Positions 27,587-37,562 are shown, counted from the first letter of the stretch. The stretch is DNA of 64,000 nucleotides from Synergistales bacterium (GCA_963666205.1 OY762654.1:1088001-1152000), one strand, 5' to 3'. The notes: generated by a model from the sequence alone, not told the origin. Made by a program: numbers and translations.

Positions 27587-28372
27587 TTAATCGTTTACTC
27601 CACCCTCATAACCGAACTCTGCCGAGAGCCTTCTGGCTGCTTCCAGAAGGAGTTCCACCATGGATAACTCTTCTCTGCCTCCACTCTTATACCGGTAGCG
27701 GGGATAGGATATGCTGAGGGCGGCGACCGCATCTCCACTTCCCATTCTTACGGGAGATGCAACACAGGCCAGCCCTGGGATAAATTCCTGATCATCCACT
27801 GCATATCCCCTTCTATGGATGATCTTGAGCTCTGCAAGCAGTTCATCAAGAGATCCGATAGTATCAGGAGTAAATTTAGTAAACTCCTCTTTCTCGAAAA
27901 GACGGATCACTTTTTCCCTTGGAGTGTAGGCCAGCATCGCTTTGCCCAGGCTGGTGGCATAGGCAGGATAACTCCTTCCCACCCCTATATCCGCCTTTAT
28001 GACCTCCGTGCTCTCGATCTTCTCCACGTACATGGCACGTGGGCCGTCAAGAATAGCAAGGTTGACGGTCTCACGGGTTTTTGAAGCAAGATGTTCCAGA
28101 TAAGGATTGGCACGCCGGATGAGTCCCAGGCGGTCAATCTCTATGGTGCCCATCTCGAAAAGCTTGAAACTGTTCGAATATTTCTGAGTCACCGGATTCT
28201 GGTTAACATAACCCTTATACCTGAGAGTACTCACCAGACGATGGACCGTACTCTTATCCAGATCAAGGGCTTCCCCTATCTGCGTGACACCCTGTTCTTT
28301 CTTTTCGTTAAGAAACTCTATGATCTCAAGAGCCCTGATCACAGACTGTACGTGATTATCTTTTTTCGTCAT
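27587..28372 (-). CDS. IclR-family transcriptional regulator
   Basis: VQSVIRALEI, KSTVHRL HTH, ETVNL, TSLGKAMLA, RGYAVD. Confidence 0.95.
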   Translation of the reverse strand: MTKKDNHVQSVIRALEIIEFLNEKKEQGVTQIGEALDLDKSTVHRLVSTLRYKGYVNQNPVTQKYSNSFKLFEMGTIEIDRLGLIRRANPYLEHLASKTRETVNLAILDGPRAMYVEKIESTEVIKADIGVGRSYPAYATSLGKAMLAYTPREKVIRLFEKEEFTKFTPDTIGSLDELLAELKIIHRRGYAVDDQEFIPGLACVASPVRMGSGDAVAALSISYPRYRYKSGGREELSMVELLLEAARRLSAEFGYEGGVND

Positions 28373-28399
28373 GATACCTTACTACTCCTCGCTCAGTCT

Positions 28400-28469
28400 G
28401 TTTCGTATGACGAGATGCTTATTTCGTTTATTCAATTGAGATTTTACGAATTAAGGTATGATATGTCAA
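28400..28469 (-). promoter_or_regulatory. iclR-panB promoter with putative operator
   Basis: TTGACA-N17-TAAAAT (28469-28441, minus strand) and GTTTC-N7-GAGAT at 28400-28416. Confidence 0.6.
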
Positions 28470-28640
28470 TATAGAAAAGATATTTTTATCCGGGCAGAAT
28501 CAGAACTGCCCGCTATTACTACGTTAAATGCACTAATATGTTTGATCTGAAGGTTAAAGAAAAAACAAGTTTTACCAGGGTACTTGATTTTCCTTCTATT
28601 TTTTGATAAAAGAGACTATGTTCCATTTTTGATTATATGT

Positions 28641-28657
28641 GTTTCGTGATATGAAAC
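28641..28657. promoter_or_regulatory. Putative IclR-type operator upstream of fhs
   Basis: Palindrome GTTTC-GTGATAT-GAAAC just before the fhs SD; resembles the site at 28400. Confidence 0.55.
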
Positions 28658-28678
28658 GTAATAAAGGAGGAACCGAGA

Positions 28679-30346
28679 ATGTTAAGTGACATCGAGATCG
28701 CCCAGTCAGCGAAGATGCAGCCGGTAGTGGAGGTAGCTGAAGGGTTGGGAATAAAGGAAGAGGAGCTGGAGCTCTACGGGAGGTACAAGGCTAAGGTATC
28801 CTACGACCTGTGGGAAAGGGTCAAGGGGAACGAGGACGGCAAGCTGATCCTGGTGACGGCCATAACGCCCACCCCTGCAGGAGAGGGAAAGACCACCACC
28901 ACAGTGGGCCTCAGCCAGGGACTGGCAAAGATAGGAAAGAAAGTATCCATAGCCCTTCGTGAGCCCAGCCTCGGCCCCAGCTTCGGAGTCAAGGGAGGAG
29001 CAGCCGGAGGAGGCTACTCCCAGGTGGTGCCCATGGAGGACATAAACCTTCATTTCACAGGCGACATCCACGCCGTATCCACCGCCCACAACCTTCTGGC
29101 AGCCCTGCTTGACAACCATCTCCAGCAGGGTAACGAGCTGGGCATAGACCCCCGTCAGATAGTTCTGAGGCGGGTCATGGACATGAACGAGAGGGCCCTT
29201 CGCAACGTGATAGTGGGCCTTGGAGGCAAACCCCACGGAATACCGAGGGAATCGGGATTTGACATCACCGTAGCCAGTGAAGTGATGGCCATCCTCTGCC
29301 TTGCAGGGAGCATAGCCGACCTGAAGGAAAGGCTGTCCCGGATGGTAATAGCCTATACATACAGCGGAGAAGCCGTTACAGCAGGGGACCTGAAGGCCGA
29401 AGGCTCCATGGCAGTTCTGCTCAAGGATGCCCTGAAGCCCAACCTGGTCCAGACATTGGAAGGAGTGCCCGCCTTCGTCCACGGAGGCCCCTTCGCCAAC
29501 ATAGCCCACGGATGCAACAGCGTCCAGGCAACGAAGTACGGACTGAAGCTCTCGGACTACTTCGTCACCGAAGCGGGATTCGGAGCCGACCTTGGAGCGG
29601 AGAAGTTTCTGGACATCAAGTGCCGCATGGCAGGGCTCCATCCCAGCGCAGTGGTTCTCGTAGCCACAGTGAGGGCATTGAAGATGCACGGAGGCATGCC
29701 GAAGACCGACCTTGGCAGGGAGGACCTGAAGGCCCTTGAAGCAGGGATCCCCAACCTTGAGAAGCACATAGAGAACCTGAGCTCCTTCGGAGTACCCGTA
29801 GTGGTGGCCATAAACAGATTCCCCACCGACAGCGAAGCCGAGCTGAAGCTCGTGGAGGAACACTGCGTAAGGCTTGGAGCCACCGTATCCCTGTCCGAAG
29901 TATGGGCCAGAGGCGGGGAAGGAGCCGTAGACCTTGCGGAGAAAGTGGTAAGGGCATGCGAGAAGGAGAACAGCTTCCACTACCAGTACGACGCCAAGGC
30001 GACGCCAAAGGAGAAGATAGAAGCCATAGCGAAGAAGATCTACGGAGCAGGAGCCGTTACCTACACGGACAAAGCTGAGAAGGACCTTGCGGCCATCCAC
30101 GAACAGGGAATGGACGACCTTCTCATATGCATGGCCAAGACCCAGTCCTCCATATCTGATGATCCCGCCAAGCTGGGAAGGCCGGAAGGCTTCACCCTCA
30201 CGGTGAGGGAAGTGAGGCTTTCAGCAGGAGCCGGTTTCCTTGTACCCATAACGGGAAGCATAATGACCATGCCCGGCCTGCCGAAGAAACCCGCAGCCCT
30301 GAAGATAGACATAGACAACGAAGGTAACATCTCCGGTCTCTTCTAG
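28679..30346 (+). CDS. fhs: Formate--tetrahydrofolate ligase
   Basis: [37 protein letters not shown] and IMTMPGLP motifs. Confidence 0.98.
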   Translation: MLSDIEIAQSAKMQPVVEVAEGLGIKEEELELYGRYKAKVSYDLWERVKGNEDGKLILVTAITPTPAGEGKTTTTVGLSQGLAKIGKKVSIALREPSLGPSFGVKGGAAGGGYSQVVPMEDINLHFTGDIHAVSTAHNLLAALLDNHLQQGNELGIDPRQIVLRRVMDMNERALRNVIVGLGGKPHGIPRESGFDITVASEVMAILCLAGSIADLKERLSRMVIAYTYSGEAVTAGDLKAEGSMAVLLKDALKPNLVQTLEGVPAFVHGGPFANIAHGCNSVQATKYGLKLSDYFVTEAGFGADLGAEKFLDIKCRMAGLHPSAVVLVATVRALKMHGGMPKTDLGREDLKALEAGIPNLEKHIENLSSFGVPVVVAINRFPTDSEAELKLVEEHCVRLGATVSLSEVWARGGEGAVDLAEKVVRACEKENSFHYQYDAKATPKEKIEAIAKKIYGAGAVTYTDKAEKDLAAIHEQGMDDLLICMAKTQSSISDDPAKLGRPEGFTLTVREVRLSAGAGFLVPITGSIMTMPGLPKKPAALKIDIDNEGNISGLF

Positions 30347-30514
30347 GAAGAGCATGGACCATAGAGCAGCAGAAAGCGGACAGTAACAGAACAGAAACAG
30401 CAGCATAACATAACGAGCCATTACTGCGCAGGGAGATCCCCCGACCCCCCCTTCAAAGGATTACACCTCCTTAGGCGGATCTCCCCTTCCTTTATTAAAG
30501 AAGACAAAGGAGCA

Positions 30515-31060
30515 ATGAAAGAAGCCATGAAAAGAATGGACACCCACAGACTGGTGACCCTGGGGCTGCTGGTGGGTCTTAACATAATCCTGGTGAGGTT
30601 TGCCAGTGTGCGGATAAGCATAGGGGGAGTGGAAGGGATAAGGATAGGACTGGGAAGTTTTCCCGTGGTATTTGCGGGGCTCTTCCTCGGACCCGCGGCA
30701 GGAGGTATGGCAGGAGCCCTTGGAGACATACTGGGCTTCATCCTGAACCCCATGGGAGTCTACATGCCCCACTTCACCCTCAGCGCCGCCCTCACCGGAA
30801 TGATCCCCGGCCTCGTACTGACCCTTATGGGCAGGGAGAGGGTGACCTTTATCCGCCTGGCCATAGCCAGCGGAGCGGGCCTCTTCGTCACATCCATGGT
30901 ACTTGTGCCCTGTTTCCTGAAGATGCTCTTCGGCATACCCCTGTGGACCACCCTTCCGCCGAGGGCCATATCCTTCTGCTTCACCGTACCCCTCTATGCC
31001 CTCTTTGCAGAGAGGATAGCAGGAAAAGTGGCGTCACCCCTGAGGGGAACCACCAGCTGA
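30515..31060 (+). CDS. folT: Folate-family ECF transporter S component
   Basis: RFASVRISIGGVEGIRIG, GALGDILG, Y.PHFTLSAALTG; lies between fhs and folD; exact start uncertain. Confidence 0.8.
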   Translation: MKEAMKRMDTHRLVTLGLLVGLNIILVRFASVRISIGGVEGIRIGLGSFPVVFAGLFLGPAAGGMAGALGDILGFILNPMGVYMPHFTLSAALTGMIPGLVLTLMGRERVTFIRLAIASGAGLFVTSMVLVPCFLKMLFGIPLWTTLPPRAISFCFTVPLYALFAERIAGKVASPLRGTTS

Positions 31061-31210
31061 AGGAGCCTCCTGGACCGGAGGGGAACATGAAAGAGCGGTC
31101 AGGGGAAACCGCAAAAAATAATAGAAGGACCAGAGAAAGAAGTAAGAAACCAGGAAAATAAGGAAAGAGATAACTGAAATACGAGGAAACTGAAAGGAAG
31201 TGTCTTTATA

Positions 31211-32053
31211 TTGACAGCCCGGCTTCTTGACGGAAAGAAAACAGCCGCCCTGGTAAGGGAGAAGATAGCGGCGGAAGTGGAAAGGCTAAGGGGAGAAGGC
31301 AGGGGAGTTCCCGGCCTTGCCGTAGTGATAGTGGGAGAGAACCCCGCATCCAGGGTATACGTGGGACAGAAGGAGAAGGCGTGCAAGGCAGCAGGTTTTG
31401 ACTCCATTCTACACCGCCTGCCCGAGGAGACCACCCAGGAGGAACTCCTATCCCTTGTGGAAGAGATGAACAACGACCCCCGCATAGACGGGATCCTGGT
31501 GCAGCTTCCCCTTCCCCGGCACATGGACAGCGACAGCATCATAGCCGCCATAAGGCCGGAAAAGGACGTGGACGGATTCCACCCCATAAACATGGGAAAG
31601 CTCGTTACGGGGCTTAAGGGGACGGAACCGTGCACCCCCAAGGGTATCATGTACCTTCTAAGGGAGTATGGGATAGAACTTGAAGGGAAAAGGGCCGTTG
31701 TGCTGGGCCGGAGCAACATAGTGGGCAAGCCCGTAGCCTCCATGCTCATGGCGCAGAATGCCACGGTGACCGTCTGTCACAGCAGGACGAAGGAAATGGC
31801 CAGTTACACGAAAGAGGCGGACATCATAGTGGCAGCCATAGGAAAGGCAAAGTTCCTCACCGCACCAATGGTCAAAGAGGGAGCAGTAATAGTTGATGTA
31901 GGAATAAACCGGCTGGAAGAGGGACTCGTGGGAGATGTGGACTTCGAGGCCCTGAAGGAAAAGGCCTCCTGGATAACACCTGTACCGGGGGGAATAGGAC
32001 CCATGACCATCGCCATGCTCCTACTCAATACCCTCGAGGCTTTTAAAAAATAG
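31211..32053 (+). CDS. folD: Bifunctional methylene-THF dehydrogenase/cyclohydrolase
   Basis: GILVQLPLP, KDVDGFHP, PCTPKG, GRSNIVGKP, TPVPGGIGPMT. Confidence 0.98.
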   Translation: MTARLLDGKKTAALVREKIAAEVERLRGEGRGVPGLAVVIVGENPASRVYVGQKEKACKAAGFDSILHRLPEETTQEELLSLVEEMNNDPRIDGILVQLPLPRHMDSDSIIAAIRPEKDVDGFHPINMGKLVTGLKGTEPCTPKGIMYLLREYGIELEGKRAVVLGRSNIVGKPVASMLMAQNATVTVCHSRTKEMASYTKEADIIVAAIGKAKFLTAPMVKEGAVIVDVGINRLEEGLVGDVDFEALKEKASWITPVPGGIGPMTIAMLLLNTLEAFKK

Positions 32054-32102
32054 ATCCATATATACTTTTTCATTTCTACCATGTTTCATATTCAGGGACT
32101 AA

Positions 32103-32138
32103 AATAACAAGGGACCGGAAAACCGGTCCCTTGTTATT
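32103..32138. terminator. Bidirectional terminator
   Basis: AATAACAAGGGACCGG/CCGGTCCCTTGTTATT. Confidence 0.9.
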
Positions 32139-32147
32139 ACTATAAGA

Positions 32148-32411
32148 TCAGGACTTCCTGGTGATACTTTTATAAACCTCTACCACGGAAAGAAACCATA
32201 CGGCCATCCCTCCCGAGATCCTTCCCACAAAGGATATGTCAGGGGATGAATAGTGGAAGGTCAGATAACCGAAGATGATCATCCAGAACAGCATCACCAG
32301 TCCCCTCATGGGCCTCCCGATAAACACGTATCCTGATCCTGGAATGAATATGGTTGAGAGAAGGGGAAGGAATCTCAGGTATCTTCCCTTTTCCGTATTG
32401 CCGTCTTTCAT
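32148..32411 (-). CDS. Small membrane protein
   Basis: 87 aa with three hydrophobic segments (IPGSGYVFIG.PMRG); 8 nt downstream of the permease. Confidence 0.65.
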   Translation of the reverse strand: MKDGNTEKGRYLRFLPLLSTIFIPGSGYVFIGRPMRGLVMLFWMIIFGYLTFHYSSPDISFVGRISGGMAVWFLSVVEVYKSITRKS

Positions 32412-32419
32412 GGTTCTCT

Positions 32420-33790
32420 CTAGTATCCCTTCGGTCTTGGCCAGCTCTCTACCCCGGCACTTAGCAGCTTCTCCGTGTCAACTTTCCTGTAGCGGTGAAG
32501 GACAAACCAGAGGGAGGCTATTAGATAGAAACAGAATCCGGATATCATGTTAACCCAGTAGCCGAAATACATGCCCACCAGCGTTGCCAGGGTCAGTATT
32601 ATCAGTACCACTGCAGGAAGGGGATGCCAGGGGGCAATATATCCACGATCAATGCTGCCCAGAGGATACATCCTGCGGAATTTGAACATCATATACGCGC
32701 TCAATGCATAGACCAGAAGTGCTGAAAGTATGGAGAAGGTTATAACCTGGTCAAGGAGTCCCGTGAAACCGAAGGCGATGGCTATGGGAAGCAGGAATAT
32801 TATCGCCCGGTAGGGTGTATTGTACCTGGGATGGACCGCAGCAAAGGCTTCTGATATGAGGGTGTCCCTGGACATGGCGAACCAGGCTCTGCTTGCATCA
32901 GTTATACAACCGTTGGCACTGGCCATGCAGGAGAGAATGGTACCTATGAATAACATGACCACCACAAAGGGCATTCCGGTAGCCCGGGCTGCATCGAAAA
33001 GTGGATATACGGACGAACCGAGCTCTCTGGAGTGAACCAGACCGGAACATACGAACCAGGTAACTGTGGCTCCTATAAGCAGGGTCACCATTCCGGTGAG
33101 GGCTCCTACCGGCAGGGACCTGCTGGTAGATCTGCACTCCTCCGCTGCCAGGGCGGTCCCCTCCACTCCGAGGTAGAACCAGATGCCGAACTGGAAAGCT
33201 CCCACTATGCCTATCCATCCGTAGGGAAGTCCGTTGGTCAGTTCCGGCAGCTTAAGAAGACTTTCTGATGGACTATAGAACTTGGTCGCAAAGAGAAGGA
33301 CGAAGATTGATATGTAGGCTATTGCTGTTATAACAAAGTTAAAGGTGAGAGTGGCATAAACTCCCCGGTAATTCAGGTAGGTCAGTCCTACCAGGGTAAG
33401 TATTATGTAGGGCAGGCTATGGATGTGAGGACTCAGCGTCTTCAGTATCTCCCCAACCACCAGGGCATCCGCTGCTTCCAGCATGACATATTCAAAAACA
33501 AGCATGAGACCTACGTTGAAAGCTGCAAGGGGGCCAAGGAGATACTTGGCCATGGTGTACTGTCCTCCTGCTTCAGGCATGACAGAACCTATTTCTGTAT
33601 TTATCATAACCAGGGATACATAGAGAAGACCCATGATCCAGCAGGCGATTATGGCTCCTATGGACCCTCCCTTGGCTATTGTGAAATTCCACCCCATGAA
33701 CTCTCCCACGAGCACTATTCCCACTCCAAGAGCCCAGATATGCATGGGCCCCAGGACCTTGGAGAGTCTTTCCATCTTTTCTCCGCTCAT
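32420..33790 (-). CDS. APC-superfamily permease, ethanolamine/amine permease (Eat)-like
   Basis: IWALGVGIV..GEFMGWNF, MPEAGG, WFYLGVEG...AAEE, VHPRYNTPYRA. Confidence 0.85.
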   Translation of the reverse strand: MSGEKMERLSKVLGPMHIWALGVGIVLVGEFMGWNFTIAKGGSIGAIIACWIMGLLYVSLVMINTEIGSVMPEAGGQYTMAKYLLGPLAAFNVGLMLVFEYVMLEAADALVVGEILKTLSPHIHSLPYIILTLVGLTYLNYRGVYATLTFNFVITAIAYISIFVLLFATKFYSPSESLLKLPELTNGLPYGWIGIVGAFQFGIWFYLGVEGTALAAEECRSTSRSLPVGALTGMVTLLIGATVTWFVCSGLVHSRELGSSVYPLFDAARATGMPFVVVMLFIGTILSCMASANGCITDASRAWFAMSRDTLISEAFAAVHPRYNTPYRAIIFLLPIAIAFGFTGLLDQVITFSILSALLVYALSAYMMFKFRRMYPLGSIDRGYIAPWHPLPAVVLIILTLATLVGMYFGYWVNMISGFCFYLIASLWFVLHRYRKVDTEKLLSAGVESWPRPKGY

Positions 33791-33978
33791 CTCAATTCAC
33801 CGGACCCTTCTGTTTTTCCGCTGGTTGCTGAATTTTTCATTCCGGAAGGGTTCTGGCTATTCCCTGCCCTGTTTATCTTTCTTTCTTTTTCTACAATGAA
33901 AAAATCCCTGAACATTACTGCCAGCATTAATATGGAAAGTCCCCAGGCAACGAGGTTCATCATCTTCCAGAAATTCAT
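33787..33978 (-). CDS. Small single-TM protein
   Basis: 63 aa with one TM helix; 4-nt overlaps with both neighbours. Confidence 0.6.
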   Translation of the reverse strand: MNFWKMMNLVAWGLSILMLAVMFRDFFIVEKERKINRAGNSQNPSGMKNSATSGKTEGSGELR

Positions 33979-34307
33979 CCTTCATTCCTCCCCGCCCGCT
34001 TCTCCACAACTCTTTCCAAGTCTCTCTTTTCTTTCCTGTCATAGTGTGCAGCATAAAAACTCTTAAGCTCTCCCTCGGAATGGTGGATTATGTAGACCAG
34101 GTATATGACGAGAAAGGAGGCTGTGAATGAGAAACTGGCCATGTTGAAGGTGTAGGTAAGACCTCCACCGCTTCCCGACCCTACTATAACCTTCCCTCTC
34201 ATGAGCATGGTGGTGAGAAGGGTCACGAAACAGAGGACCATTACGAAGAGAATGTCAAAGGCCTCGACAAGGAATGTCCGGACCTTTCCTTTATTATCTG
34301 AAGACAT
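33975..34307 (-). CDS. Small membrane protein (two TM segments, Gly-rich loop)
   Basis: 110 aa in an operon with the permease. Confidence 0.7.
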   Translation of the reverse strand: MSSDNKGKVRTFLVEAFDILFVMVLCFVTLLTTMLMRGKVIVGSGSGGGLTYTFNMASFSFTASFLVIYLVYIIHHSEGELKSFYAAHYDRKEKRDLERVVEKRAGRNEG

Positions 34308-34310
34308 TAT

Positions 34311-34661
34311 CTATGCCTCCCCTTCCAGAAGAACTTCTGTTTTACCAGGGTCGGCTACAGTTTCTTCTGCTATTCCCATTCCTTTCAGAAGGAGAAGGTT
34401 ATCAACATCCTCTCCATAGAGGACCCTTCTTTTCTGTTTGAGGTGAACCAGAACAGCCACAAGCGATGCGGTACAGAATATTCCCACCGTGAGAGCCGAT
34501 GCCATGGCTATGGTCCTGACCATGCTTCCATCCAGGAGGTTAACCACCTGGGAGAGAACCAGGGCCAGTATGGCCCACATTAAGAGTATGAATCCGGTTA
34601 TCACCATGGTGTCACAGACATAGAGTCGCTTCATCATGGCTTCCCTGCTGATGGATGACAA
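34311..34661 (-). CDS. Small membrane protein (two TM segments)
   Basis: 116 aa; first gene of the permease operon. Confidence 0.7.
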   Translation of the reverse strand: MSSISREAMMKRLYVCDTMVITGFILLMWAILALVLSQVVNLLDGSMVRTIAMASALTVGIFCTASLVAVLVHLKQKRRVLYGEDVDNLLLLKGMGIAEETVADPGKTEVLLEGEA

Positions 34662-35031
34662 TTACAACACTACCTTTCTGAAATTAGATGAGTCTGAAAA
34701 CCACATTAATATCTCCCGAAGCAATTGTTTCCCCTATCTGCTCCAGATTCCGCCCATGACCAATTTATGGAATTGGTAAATTTTTGAATCTGATCATCAA
34801 TATCAGTCCCCCCAGAAACCTGTTTCTGCCGAAGAGGAACTCTGACTTACTTTATTCGTTATTTGGAAAGAGCCTTCAAAGGGAAACAATCCTGAAGGAA
34901 TTCACCCTCCAGAGAAAGGGAGGATTTTTCATTACAGGGTACAATATACCACATTGAAAATGATGTTACCCCTTTCATTTCTTATGTGAGCAGTAATTAT
35001 TACAGAAACCTTAATCTTTATTCATAACCAT

Positions 35032-35068
35032 ATAGCAAGCGGGCGACTGAAAGCCGCCCGCTTGCTAT
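35032..35068 (-). terminator. Terminator of the AcnX/TRAP operon
   Basis: TAGCAAGCGGGCG/CGCCCGCTTGCTA inverted repeat. Confidence 0.8.
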
Positions 35069-35085
35069 AAACAATATATTATCCG

Positions 35086-35535
35086 TCAGTCTTTTGGTCT
35101 GTAAACATGGACTGAGCAGGGAGCATGGCGCACAACTTTTGCAGCCACACTTCCGATAAAGAATCTCTCAATATCACTCAAACCCTTATGACCTATCATT
35201 ATAAGATCATAATTGCCTGCCTCACTTGTCTCTATTATGGTCGAGGAGGGTTCTCCGATCCTGAGGATCAATTCACAGGCAAGTTTATCCAGTGCAAATT
35301 TTTTTCTCCAGGTTTCTATCATGACATGGAACTTCTCCCTGAGCTCATCCTCTTCTGAAGGTTCTATTTCCTTGAAATTTATGTTCCAGCCGGCCCGGGT
35401 AGGGATCCTTCCCTCTACCACATGGATGAAGTCTATCCTTTCCACATCTTCCCGAGAAGCATATGACAGGGCATAAGCTGCAAGATCTTCACTGAAAGGA
35501 CTCTCATCAATTGCCACAAGTATTTTTTCCCCCAT
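35086..35535 (-). CDS. Universal stress protein, TRAP-associated
   Basis: KILVAID and GHKG...IGSVAAKVVRHAPCSV; start at MGEK 35535 (ORF track gives 35616). Confidence 0.9.
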   Translation of the reverse strand: MGEKILVAIDESPFSEDLAAYALSYASREDVERIDFIHVVEGRIPTRAGWNINFKEIEPSEEDELREKFHVMIETWRKKFALDKLACELILRIGEPSSTIIETSEAGNYDLIMIGHKGLSDIERFFIGSVAAKVVRHAPCSVHVYRPKD

Positions 35536-35557
35536 CTTTACAAACCCCCTTTCGTAC

Positions 35558-36874
35558 CTAGAACAGAACCCTTCCCAGGAACCAGCTGGGCAATGCAAGT
35601 GATACAGCAGGAACATAAGTGGTTATTATAAGGGTGGGCATCCATGCAAAGATGATCATAAGCATGGTTGGCCTAAGCATTTCCTTTATACTGGCCTTAC
35701 CCAGACGTCCTCCAAGATAAAGAAGGGGTGCCGTCGGGGGCGTAATATTACCCATTCCAAGGTTCACACCGAGAATAGCAGCGAACTGGATTGGGCTTAC
35801 CCCTATCTTGACCATAAGCGGAAGAAGAAGGGGGGTACAGAGAAGGGTCCCGCTGACATCATCCATAAGCATCCCGATCATTACCATGAAGATATTCACC
35901 ATTATAAGGATGATCCTTGGATCTTCAGATACGCTCATGAAAATACCTATTACTTTGTTGGGGAGATTCTCCATAACAAAGAGTCTGCTAAGTATCATTA
36001 CTATAAGGAACATTACCATTAACACACCTGTAGTGGTCCCTGTATCGACAAGGGCTTCCTTGAAAGAAGTGAAGGTAAGACCCTTATATACGAAAAATCC
36101 TACAGGTATGGCATAGAGGACAGATACAGCGGCAGCTTCAGTGGGAGTCATTATTCCAGCGTAAATACCACCAAGAATGATCACCGGCATTAACAGAGCA
36201 GGAATGGCTTTTTTAGTCCTGGTCCAGTTGCTATCAACTATTTCGATCTTCTCTTCCTGCTTCCTTATGTGAGTCTCGTTCATCTCAGGTGATGTCCTGC
36301 ATATGTACCAGTTGACACAACAGAGGAGAAAGGCCAGAAGAAGACCAGGTCCTACTGTCGCAAGGAAACATGTGAGAACGGACTGGTTGGCGCTCCATGC
36401 ATATATGATCTGGATGGAACTTGGCGGAATGAGCAATCCCAGAGGGGATGCATTAACTATGATCGAGGCAGCGTGCCCCTTACTGTAACCGGCCTCTCTC
36501 AGCTTCGGGAACATGATGCTCCCTATACATGAAAGGGTCGCTGCTGCACTGCCCGAGATAGCTCCGAAAAGAGCGGAAGCGATGATGGCAACTGCACCCA
36601 GCCCTCCCCGTATTTTGCCCACAAAAATATTGATAAAGCCGACCAGCGCGTCACCGATGTTACCCCTTTCCATGATCCCTCCAGCAAGTATAAAGAGAGG
36701 AATGGCAAGAAGTACTATGGTGTTGAGCTTACTGTATCCGCTTGAAAGAAGAGCTCCTGACTGATATCCCATGGCCACCACCATGTAGATAAGCGAGGTG
36801 CCGAAAGCAAATACTACGGGTACACCGATAACTATAGTAAAGATCAGCAGAAAGATCGTAATTATCAAGCCCAT
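35558..36874 (-). CDS. dctM: TRAP transporter large permease
   Basis: AIPLFILAG, SGSAAA, IPPSS, TPTEAAA, TPPTAP. Confidence 0.95.
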   Translation of the reverse strand: MGLIITIFLLIFTIVIGVPVVFAFGTSLIYMVVAMGYQSGALLSSGYSKLNTIVLLAIPLFILAGGIMERGNIGDALVGFINIFVGKIRGGLGAVAIIASALFGAISGSAAATLSCIGSIMFPKLREAGYSKGHAASIIVNASPLGLLIPPSSIQIIYAWSANQSVLTCFLATVGPGLLLAFLLCCVNWYICRTSPEMNETHIRKQEEKIEIVDSNWTRTKKAIPALLMPVIILGGIYAGIMTPTEAAAVSVLYAIPVGFFVYKGLTFTSFKEALVDTGTTTGVLMVMFLIVMILSRLFVMENLPNKVIGIFMSVSEDPRIILIMVNIFMVMIGMLMDDVSGTLLCTPLLLPLMVKIGVSPIQFAAILGVNLGMGNITPPTAPLLYLGGRLGKASIKEMLRPTMLMIIFAWMPTLIITTYVPAVSLALPSWFLGRVLF

Positions 36875-37444
36875 TTAAGATACCTCCCCCTGTCGGGATG
36901 GCTTCAGGCCATCTCCGTCTTTGCCAGCCTGACTCTTTCCGGGAAAGGCCTCTCGAAATACCTGGTAAAACCTGACCAGGGAATAGATGCTCATTATGGA
37001 AAAACCAAGGAGTATTGAACTCTGGGGGATAACCATGGGGATCCTCCAGGCTATGGATCTGGCATGTTTAACGATACCCCATACAAAATAGTTATAAGCC
37101 CAGTAGTTTATTACAAGGCATACAGTTGTGGAAATGAAGGAAACCAGAAGTTTCATCCTGAGCTTAATCTTTTCGTTCTTTACATATTCGTTCACTATAT
37201 CTGCCTGAATATGGCTGTCTTCGAAGGAACCATAGGCTGCTCCCATCATATAGAGCCAGAATGCGAAGATGAGTATGAATTCCTCAGCTCCGTAAAGGTC
37301 CTTGTGAAGGATGTATCTGAAAAAGACCTGGGCTCCTATTCCAAGGGTGAGCAGAGTCTGGGCCAGTATAACCATGAATGACAGAAATTTCGGAATTATA
37401 ACTTTCAGAAAGAGTTCACCTGAATTACGTTGCTGTTGCGGCAT
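36875..37444 (-). CDS. dctQ: TRAP transporter small permease
   Basis: QVFFRY, EE...FWLY, SHIQAD; start probably ATG 37444. Confidence 0.85.
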   Translation of the reverse strand: MPQQQRNSGELFLKVIIPKFLSFMVILAQTLLTLGIGAQVFFRYILHKDLYGAEEFILIFAFWLYMMGAAYGSFEDSHIQADIVNEYVKNEKIKLRMKLLVSFISTTVCLVINYWAYNYFVWGIVKHARSIAWRIPMVIPQSSILLGFSIMSIYSLVRFYQVFREAFPGKSQAGKDGDGLKPSRQGEVS

Positions 37445-37510
37445 TTTCTTTAGCCTCCATCTCTTTGGAAGTCCTTTTACCTGTTTGTTCGAAAGATGGA
37501 AAAGGAAAGA

Positions 37511-37545
37511 GGAGAGGGTCATCCCCTACTGGGAGGACCCTCTCC
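37511..37545 (-). terminator. Internal stem-loop after dctP
   Basis: GGAGAGGGTC/GACCCTCTCC inverted repeat. Confidence 0.6.
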
Positions 37546-37562
37546 ATTATCGTGGCAGATAT

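Noticed and set aside
28706-30100. 464-aa antisense ORF, and many other 60-300 aa overlapping ORFs in the track
   Set aside because: They are shadows of well-supported genes on the opposite strand or in other frames, with no recognisable motifs
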